64,000 nt of DNA from an uncultured Pseudomonadales bacterium (GTDB lineage: Bacteria > Patescibacteriota > Microgenomatia > UBA1400 > PJMF01), in NCBI GenBank assembly GCA_964648715.1, contig CAZYNM010000002.1:25056-89055 (forward strand). The letters run 5' to 3'. The notes under the pieces were generated by a model. That model searched no databases. It worked only from the letters and a program-made list of their open reading frames with translations, and had not been told where the DNA came from. This document shows, piece by piece, positions 59,401 to 64,000 of this stretch. How positions within the stretch are numbered: position 1 is the first letter of the stretch; every line of letters starts with the position of its first letter. Position numbers and translations under genes: made by a program.

Positions 59401-60328
59401 TAGGGTTTTGTGCTGTATCAGTCAAACGGCCTTGAAAAGAAAGCGTTCTATTGGGTCGCGTAAGTGTACTGGGGAATGCGAGTGGCTTATCTGGAGTAAC
59501 AATAAACTGTTGATAGCCAAAATAACTAAATGAAATCAAAAAGAGTAATATCATCGCTACATTTGCATAGCGAGTAATAAAAGAATCACCCTTCTTTTGA
59601 AGAGACTGCTGTAATAATCGTGCGTTTTCTTTGATGATTTGAGTGTATTCTTGTGATTTATTTGCCTTTTGTTTGTGTGTTAGATCTCCCTGAGGAGAAA
59701 GAAGCGCACTTAGTGAGAACCGCTTGCGTAGGCCACTGATAACTCGATCTCCTCTTAAGTCATGAGGTTGCTCATCATGACTGAGATTCTCTAACCAAGA
59801 ATAAGTACCGGCTGTGACAACACCTAGTGTTTCTAGCCATAAGCTAAATTGGGCTAGGCTCACTAATTTGCGTTTAATTGTAGCTCCCGCCAAGTTGCTG
59901 CTTCTTTGAGAGCGGATAAACTCGAGGACTTTTTGTTTAGTTAGGGTTTTTGTTAGTTCTGCTGATTTAGAAAATTCAATAAATTGATTGATATCACTGC
60001 GATAATTTTTTATGGTTGATGTTGAGCAGTTGGCAGACTTAAGTGCTAATAGGTATTCTGAGAGGAAGACATCCATCTGGGAAAGGGAAAATGAACTCAC
60101 AAACTGAGTCACACTGGTACACGCATTTTCAGAGAAGGAATGCTTCTTGGCTAGCTCTTGAATACAAGATGCTGGCTCTACAAAATCTGTTACAGAAACT
60201 AGTGAACGTAGTACAGTAACGAGAAGCGCATGTGCTTCTTCAAAACGAGAATCATCAACACCTATGGTCTTCATGAATGTAGAAAACAGTTTGCGGACGC
60301 TGGTGATATACAGTTCCTGGGCAGTCAT
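44432..60328 (-). CDS. Giant (5298 aa) membrane-anchored fibre/adhesin: integrase SAM-like N-domain, TM, tail-fibre-like repeats, peptidase-G2-like autocleaving chaperone
   Basis: One uninterrupted ORF; STSTIKNYRSDINQF...TIKRKLVSLAQF..WL; TM at about aa 255-275; LSFQGRL..LW..LSPRQ..VAYA; dozens of GN(V/I)GIGTT motifs; SDIAEFY..GDVV..GVVST..LAGRVPV..GDAL. Confidence 0.85.
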   Translation of the reverse strand: MTAQELYITSVRKLFSTFMKTIGVDDSRFEEAHALLVTVLRSLVSVTDFVEPASCIQELAKKHSFSENACTSVTQFVSSFSLSQMDVFLSEYLLALKSANCSTSTIKNYRSDINQFIEFSKSAELTKTLTKQKVLEFIRSQRSSNLAGATIKRKLVSLAQFSLWLETLGVVTAGTYSWLENLSHDEQPHDLRGDRVISGLRKRFSLSALLSPQGDLTHKQKANKSQEYTQIIKENARLLQQSLQKKGDSFITRYANVAMILLFLISFSYFGYQQFIVTPDKPLAFPSTLTRPNRTLSFQGRLTDTAQNPITAATNFRFRLYDSGPGTGSGTQLWDSGTCSITPDQDGIFSSGLGSDCGTEIASSVFSENANVWLQVEVGAETLSPRQSIKSVAYALNSETLQGFPPADPATANTVVVMNNSGEVVLGGATPKLKASSTSLTLEGTTLNLQTTSGSNGNIVLDPDGLGQIIARDYIGAPGATLSATYAGGTALTLKAGPSATADIVKWQSSAGSTLGVISATGNIGIGTTSTRATLDAAGDASVSGSFVLRTGTSSIDVLDGQRLDINTSPGGDAGLASKVSILNNGNLGLGTTNPNTKLVLYGTSGTVQETVTNTTHTLEQGVTSSDGYLGLSSNSPLRFYTNNTNRMQISAAGGLSFGSTYYSTNPGANNAIFEGSLGIGTTGPTQSLHVQNNMRLVGGLYDSTNSVGTNGYVLKSTGSATQWVDGNTLYDIGWWDNTQNALHPRAEYAGVADLLLGSNATSAAKFAFINVNSGTPTASISGTLAIASPTGSNPATTFTAYNGGTFNFRTSVGGDAVTNSRLYINNNGNIGIGTTIPTHTLEVKATGSVTALGIHAPSETPYAAQIYNDTYSTTNPIFSYFPRNSGVFEMGTDQATNLRFYTSGYSNVRMAINAAGGVGIGSGTYLTTTPPTQGLLVEGNVGIGTTVSRAKLDVIGDASASGSLVLRGTNPSTIDILNGNRLDIQTSPGGDAGLVSKLTLLSNGNFGIGTINPTETLQVAGDILQNNARTRTMTRTMPTVVNDVVDIGSFSFTNGGASLWVSITVPSGSFSVAKEYNIPIAYNETTNTWVIAQPISDTGVYSSNDFDLDVNVNNGTTSLRIRRTAGSTAGTAYVVIRQEGIHTDSFTASTSTSSVAAPTAYYSATAIRQVGGSVGIGTTAPAYALHVDLGATSQYPLNLVSSGKFVRIGAQNATYAHVDTDATSGFYFYDSVTTGAGNNVLNTSSGTSTLVSAGGNLGIGTTAATGFKVQVQGGVGPQASATYDLGSNALRWNNIYGTTIYQGNNQVCDTSGNCSAIGNFWQYVNGAISPSSPYTNNSDVLIGGNATTSAKFAFMNVMSGTPTASISGNLAIASPTGSNPTTTYTAFNGGSINFRTSVGGDAVTNSRLYISNNGNIGINSTSPGARLNVYDSLATGTNLVLSNIQSAPVNGGGSTISRVTAGTNTSDFEQNNSSTSPFRYGTYIDTNIVNNYTAAGGLFGSINFVTNNAVGMTLTGGNAAGNLGIGVTAANVRAKLDVAGDASASGSLVLRSTTFSTIDMLNGGRLDFQTSPGGDNGLAAKVSLLSNGNLGVGTTAPLAKLQVFDVSSGNFRFANGAFAEYYQAEANPRFQIGRDGAGSGQAAISFGPGGASTLAADGAAVGYAAADTLGLYTSNNTALTERMRIDGAGNISIGTTTTSNGRLQVAGDTYVATTGFTFTNPTAGADLYVQSNIEADGSIYGASVYQYQSGTAYQVCDSSGNCSNAGLWQNNQNALHPRNEFGQVADLLIGGTATLSAEFRVTGQGNGTTNLPGYVYAKRYLDIDDTNYYVEPGNTGTAGVFAGSVGIGATPSQQLTITGSFLANNAASRIAAGSAGYLSRVGIYSSPTFTDSSTTVYGVNSQATVNNTNSSYHAYYESLAVGSGATITDVYGIRITDPTGAGAITNNYGIYIDSLAKGSSLDYAIYSAGTNTPSYFAGNIGFGTSTINNKIELADHTAVTGGIGFGSDVDLYRSGTDTLSIATGDNFAIGGTTVLTSGRILQTANGNAGSPAQTFSSDATTGSFLPSSGNFAISTGGTEQVRVSNLGNVGIGTTNPSTFKLQVNGSIGPQTNNSYDLGSNALRWATVYATSFKQAGNDVCDSSGNCTTSGLWARTDNVYHPRNEWGEVVDVTVGGTSTASAGFRVTGKGNGTTNLSGYTYARRYLDVEDANYYVEPGNTTTAGVLAGNVGIGTTTTSNARTTIESTGTQLRLNYSGAVYANVSTDTNGYLTLNSTGNRVSLDGSGTYYLSENAAASNLHSLILNRSAGTGYTTPDIYGASGGIVIGGLSGATGTVAINTSGTATPTLISSGGSIGVGTNSPGQTLDVQSTGTASIRSFGPTNPYLRAQDSTNNVITKLQALDTFGYAGTESNHSFGIISNNTQRIYVDAAGNVGINDGSASSFKLQVGGDVGPSATTTYNLGSNSLRWNNIYGTALYQGNYQVCDLSGNCSNAGLWQNNQNAFHPRNEFASVADVLIGGTSTASAKFAFTNIAAGSPTASISGNLALTVPTGSTPGSTLDILDDGTLNIRQSPGGNAGLTSRIFIASNGNIGIGNITTPAQSLDISGNLRVRGNLITDSGDATRLTLGSTTTLSNSTTTLSGTSTITASSLATFTTNATLGMTSTTALNLGNSAVITLGASATGGTLNGSSGSDGDLVIQGTSHTTRTSSYVNIQPSGGNVGIGTTTPSSVLEIAGTTLPAFEVAGTQLMRYKYGPQTYNVANAPMVLKYADSTGGGYGTASFMIYFKARDDSNIQLDEVWYFGTQAQYNSNGYAYTMQRISGTKKVRAYEVTNSGANLEIQWTLTDDDRAAAAGNFDDSVEVTVMEVLSGHGEGHRGTFSVVDWATKSMSGSEINNGGNAHATFGGTGTNWFMGSVGIGTTAPTQGLHVAGNARITGALYDASNSPGSNGYIFTSTGTGTSWINPETLLDSGWWDNTENVLHPRNEYGAVSDLAIGGTSTVAATFRVTGSGNGGSNLSGYVYAKRYIDIDSQNYYIEPGLTSTSGLFAGSVGIGTTTASQKLTVAGSSNTENYVGIGDTSERLKIGYGHATGVVDNVLPAQIIVDSTGHLILSSRTNSASGIQFYTNAGTDGVERMRIDTAGNVGIGTTIANAKLDVAGDASASGSLVLRNTTISTIDMLNGGRLDFQTSPGGDNGLAAKLTLLNNGNIGIGSIAPIAKLDVNGNTNITGNLDVSSGVDVSGADITGGTGVQIDFADEVTDKIYWYSTNYGTGIESSTLTNWSASTFRWRVGGTSASSGTAELELNGTALQPATNNGLNLGTASLKYGTGYFNTSVDSPLYTYAGNLDISATGANAVRFNTNGSLKWSVLSGGQLESNGASTIRTSTGNLTLATNAGNGHIILSPNGTGNVGVGSTTPTAKLDVAGDASASGSLVLRNTTVSTIDMLNGGRLDFQTSPGGDNGLAAKLTLLNNGNTGIGTTGPTNTLDVNGTLRVRTYGAGTTTAVCKDGSGVLTDCSGSFVTGSGVTNRVARWTGTGSIGTGVLWDDGTNVGVGDTTPSGLLTVGSSDNFVVDSNGRLRLNSATESFGSYVLSFDTGATSFNSAGSIYGIKGTVSNSNTGNVTAGYFYAQSTGSGTIPTAIGVDTGIKLNNAGGTISTAVGLNANSPAVTAGAITNAVGAYIWPQDVSGVGTGYGILQAGSADINTFAGNVGIGTTGASYKLDTQVAAGSANIFRAGQTGVSNGLTITTNGTSLDYNVLSGNTTFDASAVANVGSIYLRNSTNYSASRNNYLINLLGSMAGRLINRNAEMLDGTTGYTVYDNSAGGKTTLSAVASTTAPNTSGQALRISYNGTGTPNSNPNPGYGGFYASIPVCGGTNNGVNTYCYREGNRYVVRIWANIPSGRSLYYANNAYGTGGNYQWLTSQAGTGNWQEYIIVQTIGTGGTLSTIGFWYVDSGSNAAFTWDVASVHVTGVDESPSVETASNLNVGYYQGKNLAYGELTTSQGAFLALSGGNVGIGTTTANNGLHIRKDETAGSPWTGQLYIEPVSNDAHAAISLKTTMTGTDRVWSIIAGNGTPSTNLRIYDSTAGADRINIDSNGYVGINTTNPLTTFNVVGAAKSASDTNSVTTSNASIYGTGNRTAGNGAALAFASAANTDGTNIWDQARILGAADNSSNGDASGRMYLQTRYYTGAAWDWRNNLVLLSSGNVGVGTTSTSGRLQVDSGSSSEVALVLKQSVSANYPDIFCQNNVGSSTLCEFTSGMFNNGGTLYNAGSLIQRGTISNDTAAHLTIAGGTSGRTYFSGNVGIGTTVPNTNLNVYGANTTFQIASTTTAQRGMYYSESNNNLYIGGSSTQDGNINVLNLSAVTAVTLNSAGDSYFNGGNLGIGTTSTVGKLDIRGATRSGTHTNTQTMYVTGTMQSGQTGGGTGNIEFRHDNATQGIGFGYNTIYQAGTNTNQDLNFLSKGTSPITLNAYAYSSGNVGVGTTGPTAKLHVYGSSTTFQVSNTTTTQVGMWYGEGGNDLYIGGGSTQDGDINIKDLSGNIDVKLSANSATVSYFNSGANVGIGATSASQKLDVAGQIQFDIDTANDTTIGVCKNTADGTSTATEFRECNGTPSDIAEFYRAEAGLRPGDVVSLTEISGVPTLVSSSSIQGASVFGVVSTFPVGQFGKPLGHELYSSTENPVAIGLAGRVPVRVNLSNGPISAGDALTESSTPGVAAKAIRPGKIIGYAIESFNENSPIVSTGTREQEALRANNIAKFNAEPIDPTDQGEGKILLYVHAGYYYPNMIFGSEGELVFNGTGQSNYTITAQQNGTVLSNIIAAAQVMSAKMKTSFLQTRELFVSERASVANLDATTLTTQVATVSGSLHAEIATVDQLSTQDLSVAGTLTATGQSQLGVLLAESASISGSLTAQTASISGELIAQNLTISGSTRLAQIEAQQAQLMAVQATTAELFDATVSGTLYAQNIADLDAKIASAIQQPNFIDLLTGNEPTPPPAANPISVYEPVSSAGYTPVNPTFFAEHEGVSLVTGDVLIDSAAVFVRKYLEVNGVAYVTKALGIGETLQIGAGTIITDGVIAYTGTSPATTVLQIQPSGTGKVEILAGLITLQNGTATIAGDLTIAGKTKTNTLLTNLIQPADFGNPFQVQVAGISTQSGELKKSRFEIINELGTPVATISAEGKANFAGGIGVGSEEIAVPSVASGSSVTVSAQKTSGKAKVPAGTSEITIESESITDTSLIYVTPVGSTQNQVLYVKSQTTENISTSEKEGKFVVGFDAAVSGDVSFNWWIVN
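49900..50066. repeat. Internal direct repeat, copy A (167 bp)
   Basis: Matches 50701-50867 with 3 mismatches by eye; offset 801 bp (in frame). Confidence 0.9.
50701..50867. repeat. Internal direct repeat, copy B
   Basis: See copy A; encodes AKLDVAGDASASGSLVLR...GGDNGLAAKLTLLNNG. Confidence 0.9.
55587..55727. repeat. Internal direct repeat, copy C (slightly more diverged)
   Basis: Long identical stretches with 50727-50867; offset 4860 bp (in frame). Confidence 0.85.
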
Positions 60329-60360
60329 GATGAATATTTTTCTTGCAGCTCTTGTCTTGT

Positions 60361-60382
60361 GTCTAATCCAGATTGATTAGAC
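60361..60382. promoter_or_regulatory. Perfect 8-6-8 inverted repeat in the leader of the giant gene (candidate operator)
   Basis: GTCTAATC-CAGATT-GATTAGAC, 33-54 nt upstream of ATG 60328. Confidence 0.5.
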
Positions 60383-60403
60383 TATTTTTTCTCAACAAGT
60401 TAC

Positions 60404-60433
60404 AGTGTACGGATTTCCTCAAGTACAAGTCAA
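60404..60433 (-). promoter_or_regulatory. Putative sigma70 promoter of the giant gene
   Basis: Minus strand TTGACT-18 nt-TACACT. Confidence 0.45.
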
Positions 60434-60863
60434 GAAGTCATACATAGTCAAAAAACGCCAGTTTTTCACATTGCAAGTTTCTCTGGTATCAATGCAGAAA
60501 AAAGAACACTTTTCACCTTTTTCATGAATATCAATCAATATCAAACAAAGCTAACTATGAAAAAAATTGAAGCAAAGAGTTGCATAAATGATGTATTGTT
60601 GACTAATAATCTAGGCTGTTGAAATGTGTTTTTTTTTGAAGTATAGTAATCAAAAATTAATAATACATATAAAAAACATCTGCGCATGCCTTTAAAAGTT
60701 GTTTTTTATCCACAGCTTAATCACCATTTATTAAAAAGTAGATGGATTCGTGTTGAATGCACAAGTTTGCCGCAACTCATGTGTCATTTTGAGTAGTTGA
60801 TATTTATGAATAAAAAGAAGTAAATATACTAAATTCGAGTTATTTTCGCATATATACTAGAGT

Positions 60864-61622
60864 ATGGCCCTAAAACAAAACACATTAAAAGTGCTTCTCG
60901 TACTTGCTGCAACAAGTTCTACAGAGGCTCAAGGCTTACCAAGCCCCATAATTAAAGCGCTTCTCCCAGATATAACCATAACGGGAACTAGATCTCTCTT
61001 GGTTCTCTTAGTGCGTAAGAAACTTATTTACAAACGTAGGGTGTTTGGAACTACTACGTTTCACATTTCTGAGCAAGGACAGCGCAGCTTAAATACAGCA
61101 TTTCCGGCTTTACATGCAACCTGGCACGATTGGGACGGTAGCTGGGTTGTAGTGGTCTTTTTAGACGCGCCTAAAGGTGACTCACAGTTTCGTTACCTAC
61201 GTAAACTCATTCTTAGTCATGCGGGTATGCAAGTAACTAGAGGTATGTATGCAAAAGCGGGAGGGTTTGCTCCTGAAGTATTGGCTCAGCTACAGAACAC
61301 ATACCTGGGGCATGTTATTATTTTTTCGGTCTTTAAGTGGATTCAAGGCTTTGATAAGCCTGTAGTATTTGAATACTACAACCTACCAGATAAGGCAACG
61401 GCCTTGTCTGGAATTAGCAATGAAGTTAATGAACTGCTAAATATTATCAATAGAGAAAAAAGATTGACTGAGAAACAAAAAATTAATATAGTTACTCTTG
61501 TTGATCGGTTTATCGATTTCTTGAGGGAAGATCCCGGATTTATTCATTATTATTTTCCAGGCACACCAGATGAAGGTGAGTTACTAGCAAATATCGGCAC
61601 ACTGTTATCCTTATGGGACTAA
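60864..61622 (+). CDS. PaaX-like transcriptional regulator (winged helix plus ferredoxin-like central domain)
   Basis: wHTH-like R..L..L.RKKLI......F.ISEQG; WDGSW.VV.F; R.LR..L; C-terminal EDPG. Confidence 0.65.
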   Translation: MALKQNTLKVLLVLAATSSTEAQGLPSPIIKALLPDITITGTRSLLVLLVRKKLIYKRRVFGTTTFHISEQGQRSLNTAFPALHATWHDWDGSWVVVVFLDAPKGDSQFRYLRKLILSHAGMQVTRGMYAKAGGFAPEVLAQLQNTYLGHVIIFSVFKWIQGFDKPVVFEYYNLPDKATALSGISNEVNELLNIINREKRLTEKQKINIVTLVDRFIDFLREDPGFIHYYFPGTPDEGELLANIGTLLSLWD

Positions 61623-62044
61623 AATGCGCAACCGAAGAAAAATGTATGTCGGTGTGTGAAAAAAATATTTGTCCTGACTAAAGTATTGTTATTAATATTT
61701 CCATAAGTGATGGGTGAAAATGGTCAAATCTGTTTCGGGTATGTTTTTTCATAGCTTTACACTTTTATACTTATATATAGTTAAGTACAGTAATAATAAA
61801 AAAAATCAAAAGCGAAAATAAAATTCCAGATCTAATTTCATTTGCGTAAAATATGCAATATATTTATTTCTTGCGATTAATCTGGGAAAAAAATTCGGAA
61901 AATAAAATAGAAAAGGCGAATGTTCTCTTTATCTGGAAAAAAGTGAATAACTTTTGCCTTTTGTATGCCGAAGATAATGCGTATGTGATAATGGAGAGCT
62001 AAAACTAATCTTTTGTGTTTCCCGTAAGCATGGGGGAGAGCTCA

Positions 62045-63955
62045 TTATCGGATGAAATTGATAACACGTGGGGACGGTATAACGATCTGCTCCATGGTGT
62101 TGACCTGTTCTAGTTCAGAGAGAATAGTGTGCTCAAAGTCTATGTACTGAATAGTTGATGTGGTATGAGTTTTGATTAACACAGTGCCGTGCTCGTCTGT
62201 TTGGCATATTTCGTCCGTATGCGTTTTATCGTCTCGTATAGACATAACAACAGAGTGTACTGTTGGTGTACCTAGACGACTTTGATATAGCTTTTTAATA
62301 AAGTATCCACGAGAACGAGCTTTCTTCCTCAGATACAGTGCACTATAAAGCATAAGAGTGATGGCGTTGATAAGTGATGGGTTTAAAAACACCAAAACAA
62401 AGCATCCAGTAGTCACTGGAGCGTTGAGGAGTGGTGCCTCTAATATCCACTTTCTGAATGGTGATTTCTGTTGATATTTTTCAGTTTTATCAACGGGAAT
62501 ACACAGTGGTGGTTCTGGCCTCTCTTGTGTGATGCTAATTGGTGAACCTCGATAGAAGGTAGTCTCCGAGAGATGCTCTGGCTGTGAGCGCAGTGTCGGG
62601 AAAATACAGCCATCTTCTGTCACGGTATAGGAGAATGTTCCTTTTGGAAGGTCCAGGCGAAAGAAAATACCTTCTTTATTGGTAACTGTCTCTGTATGGT
62701 AGGGTTGTTTATTGTCTTCAGTGCCAGCAAGATGAACGGGTGCAAACGGGAGGGCAATCTGAGTTCTACTGTCAACCACAATACCCTGTGGATGAGCATC
62801 ATTCAGAATACCTATGGCTCTCCATATATTTCTCAAGGTAGAAAAAGAAAGGCTAAAACCAAAAGGTTGAGCTAGTAGTACCGTTTTAATGAGAGGGTGC
62901 AAGAGAAGTATTACTAAGCCAGCATAGTTAAGTATGGTGAGCCAGCTCTGGTTCGTTGAACGCGGGGACGGACGAACTGGTCCAGTCGCGCTTATGAGTT
63001 GCTGTACAGTTGGTGGTGCATAGGTGAGTAGAGAAGATACAATCTTTTCTTTCATTTCAACTGCACTGATAATGGGAACTGAAATAACTATTGGAGTAGT
63101 GGGTACGGGTATAACAATTTCTTTTGAATAGACAATAATAGGTACGTCCTCAAGTGCGCTTATATTTCCTGCTGTATCTGTGATGAGAAAATCAAGATAG
63201 ATGATGACATCTCTCGGTATACGATCAAGCTGTTGAGACCAAGTGCCGTCAGAAGCAATGGTGAATGTTGAGGTAAGCTGCGGGGAAGAACCATCCCGAA
63301 CGGTAAGACGTACCGTACTTCCTGCCTCACCGGTTCCTTTAAGTAGTGGCTCAATGCTAGTACTCACCACAGGTTTCTCTGGAACGGTACTAAGGTCTTG
63401 TGCAGAAATACTTACTTTGGTTATGTCTATGATCGTAATAACAAAGATGGGAGCTCGAGAATCTATGGTAAAGGTCCATGTTACCGAGCTGGTTTGATTA
63501 CTATAAAAATCATAGGCAACGATCTTCCAACTATGTGACCCTTCAGTAAGTCCTGATTTTGGTACAAGTGTGTACTCTTTGGTAGTTCCTGAGTAGCTGA
63601 GACTAAAAGCACTAGTATCTGTGTTGGTAAGGGGAATGGGGGCAAACGTTGTGATTCCATCTAGAATCAACTCGTATTTCTGCACCGCAAAGTTATCTAC
63701 CGACTCTTTCCAGACAAATGTAGGAGTATTGGTAACAACAATGCTGGTGTTAGCAGGAGCAATTAAGATAGGGGTGCTTGGTGCTTCTGTGTCACGTATA
63801 CCTGCTGTTACCTTCGTGGCGCGAGTCTTGGGTTGACTCAAGGTCTCACCAGGCTCAATCTCAAGTCCCTGCGCATGGACAGAGGTAACAGCAAAAAAGC
63901 AGAGCATTATGCAGAAGCAACTATAGAATGCAGTTAGAATTGACTTCCTGAGCAT
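62045..63955 (-). CDS. Secreted/membrane protein with Ig-like (Big) domains and carboxypeptidase-regulatory-like domain
   Basis: Signal peptide; DTEAP.TP.L.AP, TP.F.W, L.EG.HSW.I.A.D; P.L.GTGEAG..V...DG.W; TM; G.VVDS.T..LPFA. Confidence 0.7.
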   Translation of the reverse strand: MLRKSILTAFYSCFCIMLCFFAVTSVHAQGLEIEPGETLSQPKTRATKVTAGIRDTEAPSTPILIAPANTSIVVTNTPTFVWKESVDNFAVQKYELILDGITTFAPIPLTNTDTSAFSLSYSGTTKEYTLVPKSGLTEGSHSWKIVAYDFYSNQTSSVTWTFTIDSRAPIFVITIIDITKVSISAQDLSTVPEKPVVSTSIEPLLKGTGEAGSTVRLTVRDGSSPQLTSTFTIASDGTWSQQLDRIPRDVIIYLDFLITDTAGNISALEDVPIIVYSKEIVIPVPTTPIVISVPIISAVEMKEKIVSSLLTYAPPTVQQLISATGPVRPSPRSTNQSWLTILNYAGLVILLLHPLIKTVLLAQPFGFSLSFSTLRNIWRAIGILNDAHPQGIVVDSRTQIALPFAPVHLAGTEDNKQPYHTETVTNKEGIFFRLDLPKGTFSYTVTEDGCIFPTLRSQPEHLSETTFYRGSPISITQERPEPPLCIPVDKTEKYQQKSPFRKWILEAPLLNAPVTTGCFVLVFLNPSLINAITLMLYSALYLRKKARSRGYFIKKLYQSRLGTPTVHSVVMSIRDDKTHTDEICQTDEHGTVLIKTHTTSTIQYIDFEHTILSELEQVNTMEQIVIPSPRVINFIR

Positions 63956-64000
63956 TACTCTTCATATTGCTTGAGGTCTTGTCCTTGAGCTCGCTTTAAC

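Noticed and set aside
59800-60328. Integrase marking a prophage or integrative element
   Set aside because: Only the N-terminal binding domain is present, fused in frame to a TM and fibre. No catalytic domain, capsid, terminase, portal gene or att repeats were seen.
44432-60328. Diversity-generating retroelement target or shufflon
   Set aside because: No reverse transcriptase or intact invertase in the window. The repeats are direct, in-frame and coding, and their mismatches are not confined to adenines.
60864-61622. Cas2 or CRISPR locus (the WDG.W.VV.F segment is Cas2-like)
   Set aside because: The domain sits within a 252-aa wHTH PaaX-like protein. There is no cas1 and no repeat-spacer array in the flanking intergenic regions.
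61623-62044. AT-rich 420-bp gap as ncRNA or second origin; shares AGCATGGGGG with 32241
   Set aside because: No DnaA-box cluster and only a weak hairpin near 62010-62040. A single 10-mer match is within chance.

Overview
Chromosomal segment of a Patescibacteria (CPR) bacterium, most consistent with Microgenomates/OP11. This is inferred from gene content, and the standard genetic code applies (TGA used as stop). The window spans the replication origin: a PrgI/VirB4-type secretion module runs straight into dnaA-oriC-dnaN-rpmH-rnpA-yidD-yidC-jag-RNase H. Housekeeping genes follow (rplY, valS, radA, rho, obg), interleaved with many cell-surface genes: a SipW/TasA-like fibre operon with two signal peptidases, VanW, a sortase, LysM-M23, a VirD4-like ATPase, four tandem type IV pilin-like genes and a 5298-aa fibre protein. 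The giant protein is the strongest candidate for an undescribed system. A cytoplasmic XerC/D-type (integrase SAM-like) DNA-binding domain with no catalytic domain is joined through one transmembrane helix to a mosaic, phage-tail-fibre-like ectodomain. That ectodomain carries near-identical in-frame DNA repeats and an autocleaving chaperone domain. The gene is transcribed divergently from a PaaX-like regulator and has an 8-6-8 palindrome in its leader. Other leads are the TasA/SipW operon, a promoter-driven array of three long hairpins (candidate ncRNA) beside the VirD4-like gene, and a secreted protein ending in a Chloroflexota-type C-terminal motif. No tRNA, rRNA, CRISPR array, IS or intact integrase was seen. 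All family calls were made by eye from motifs; no database search was run.
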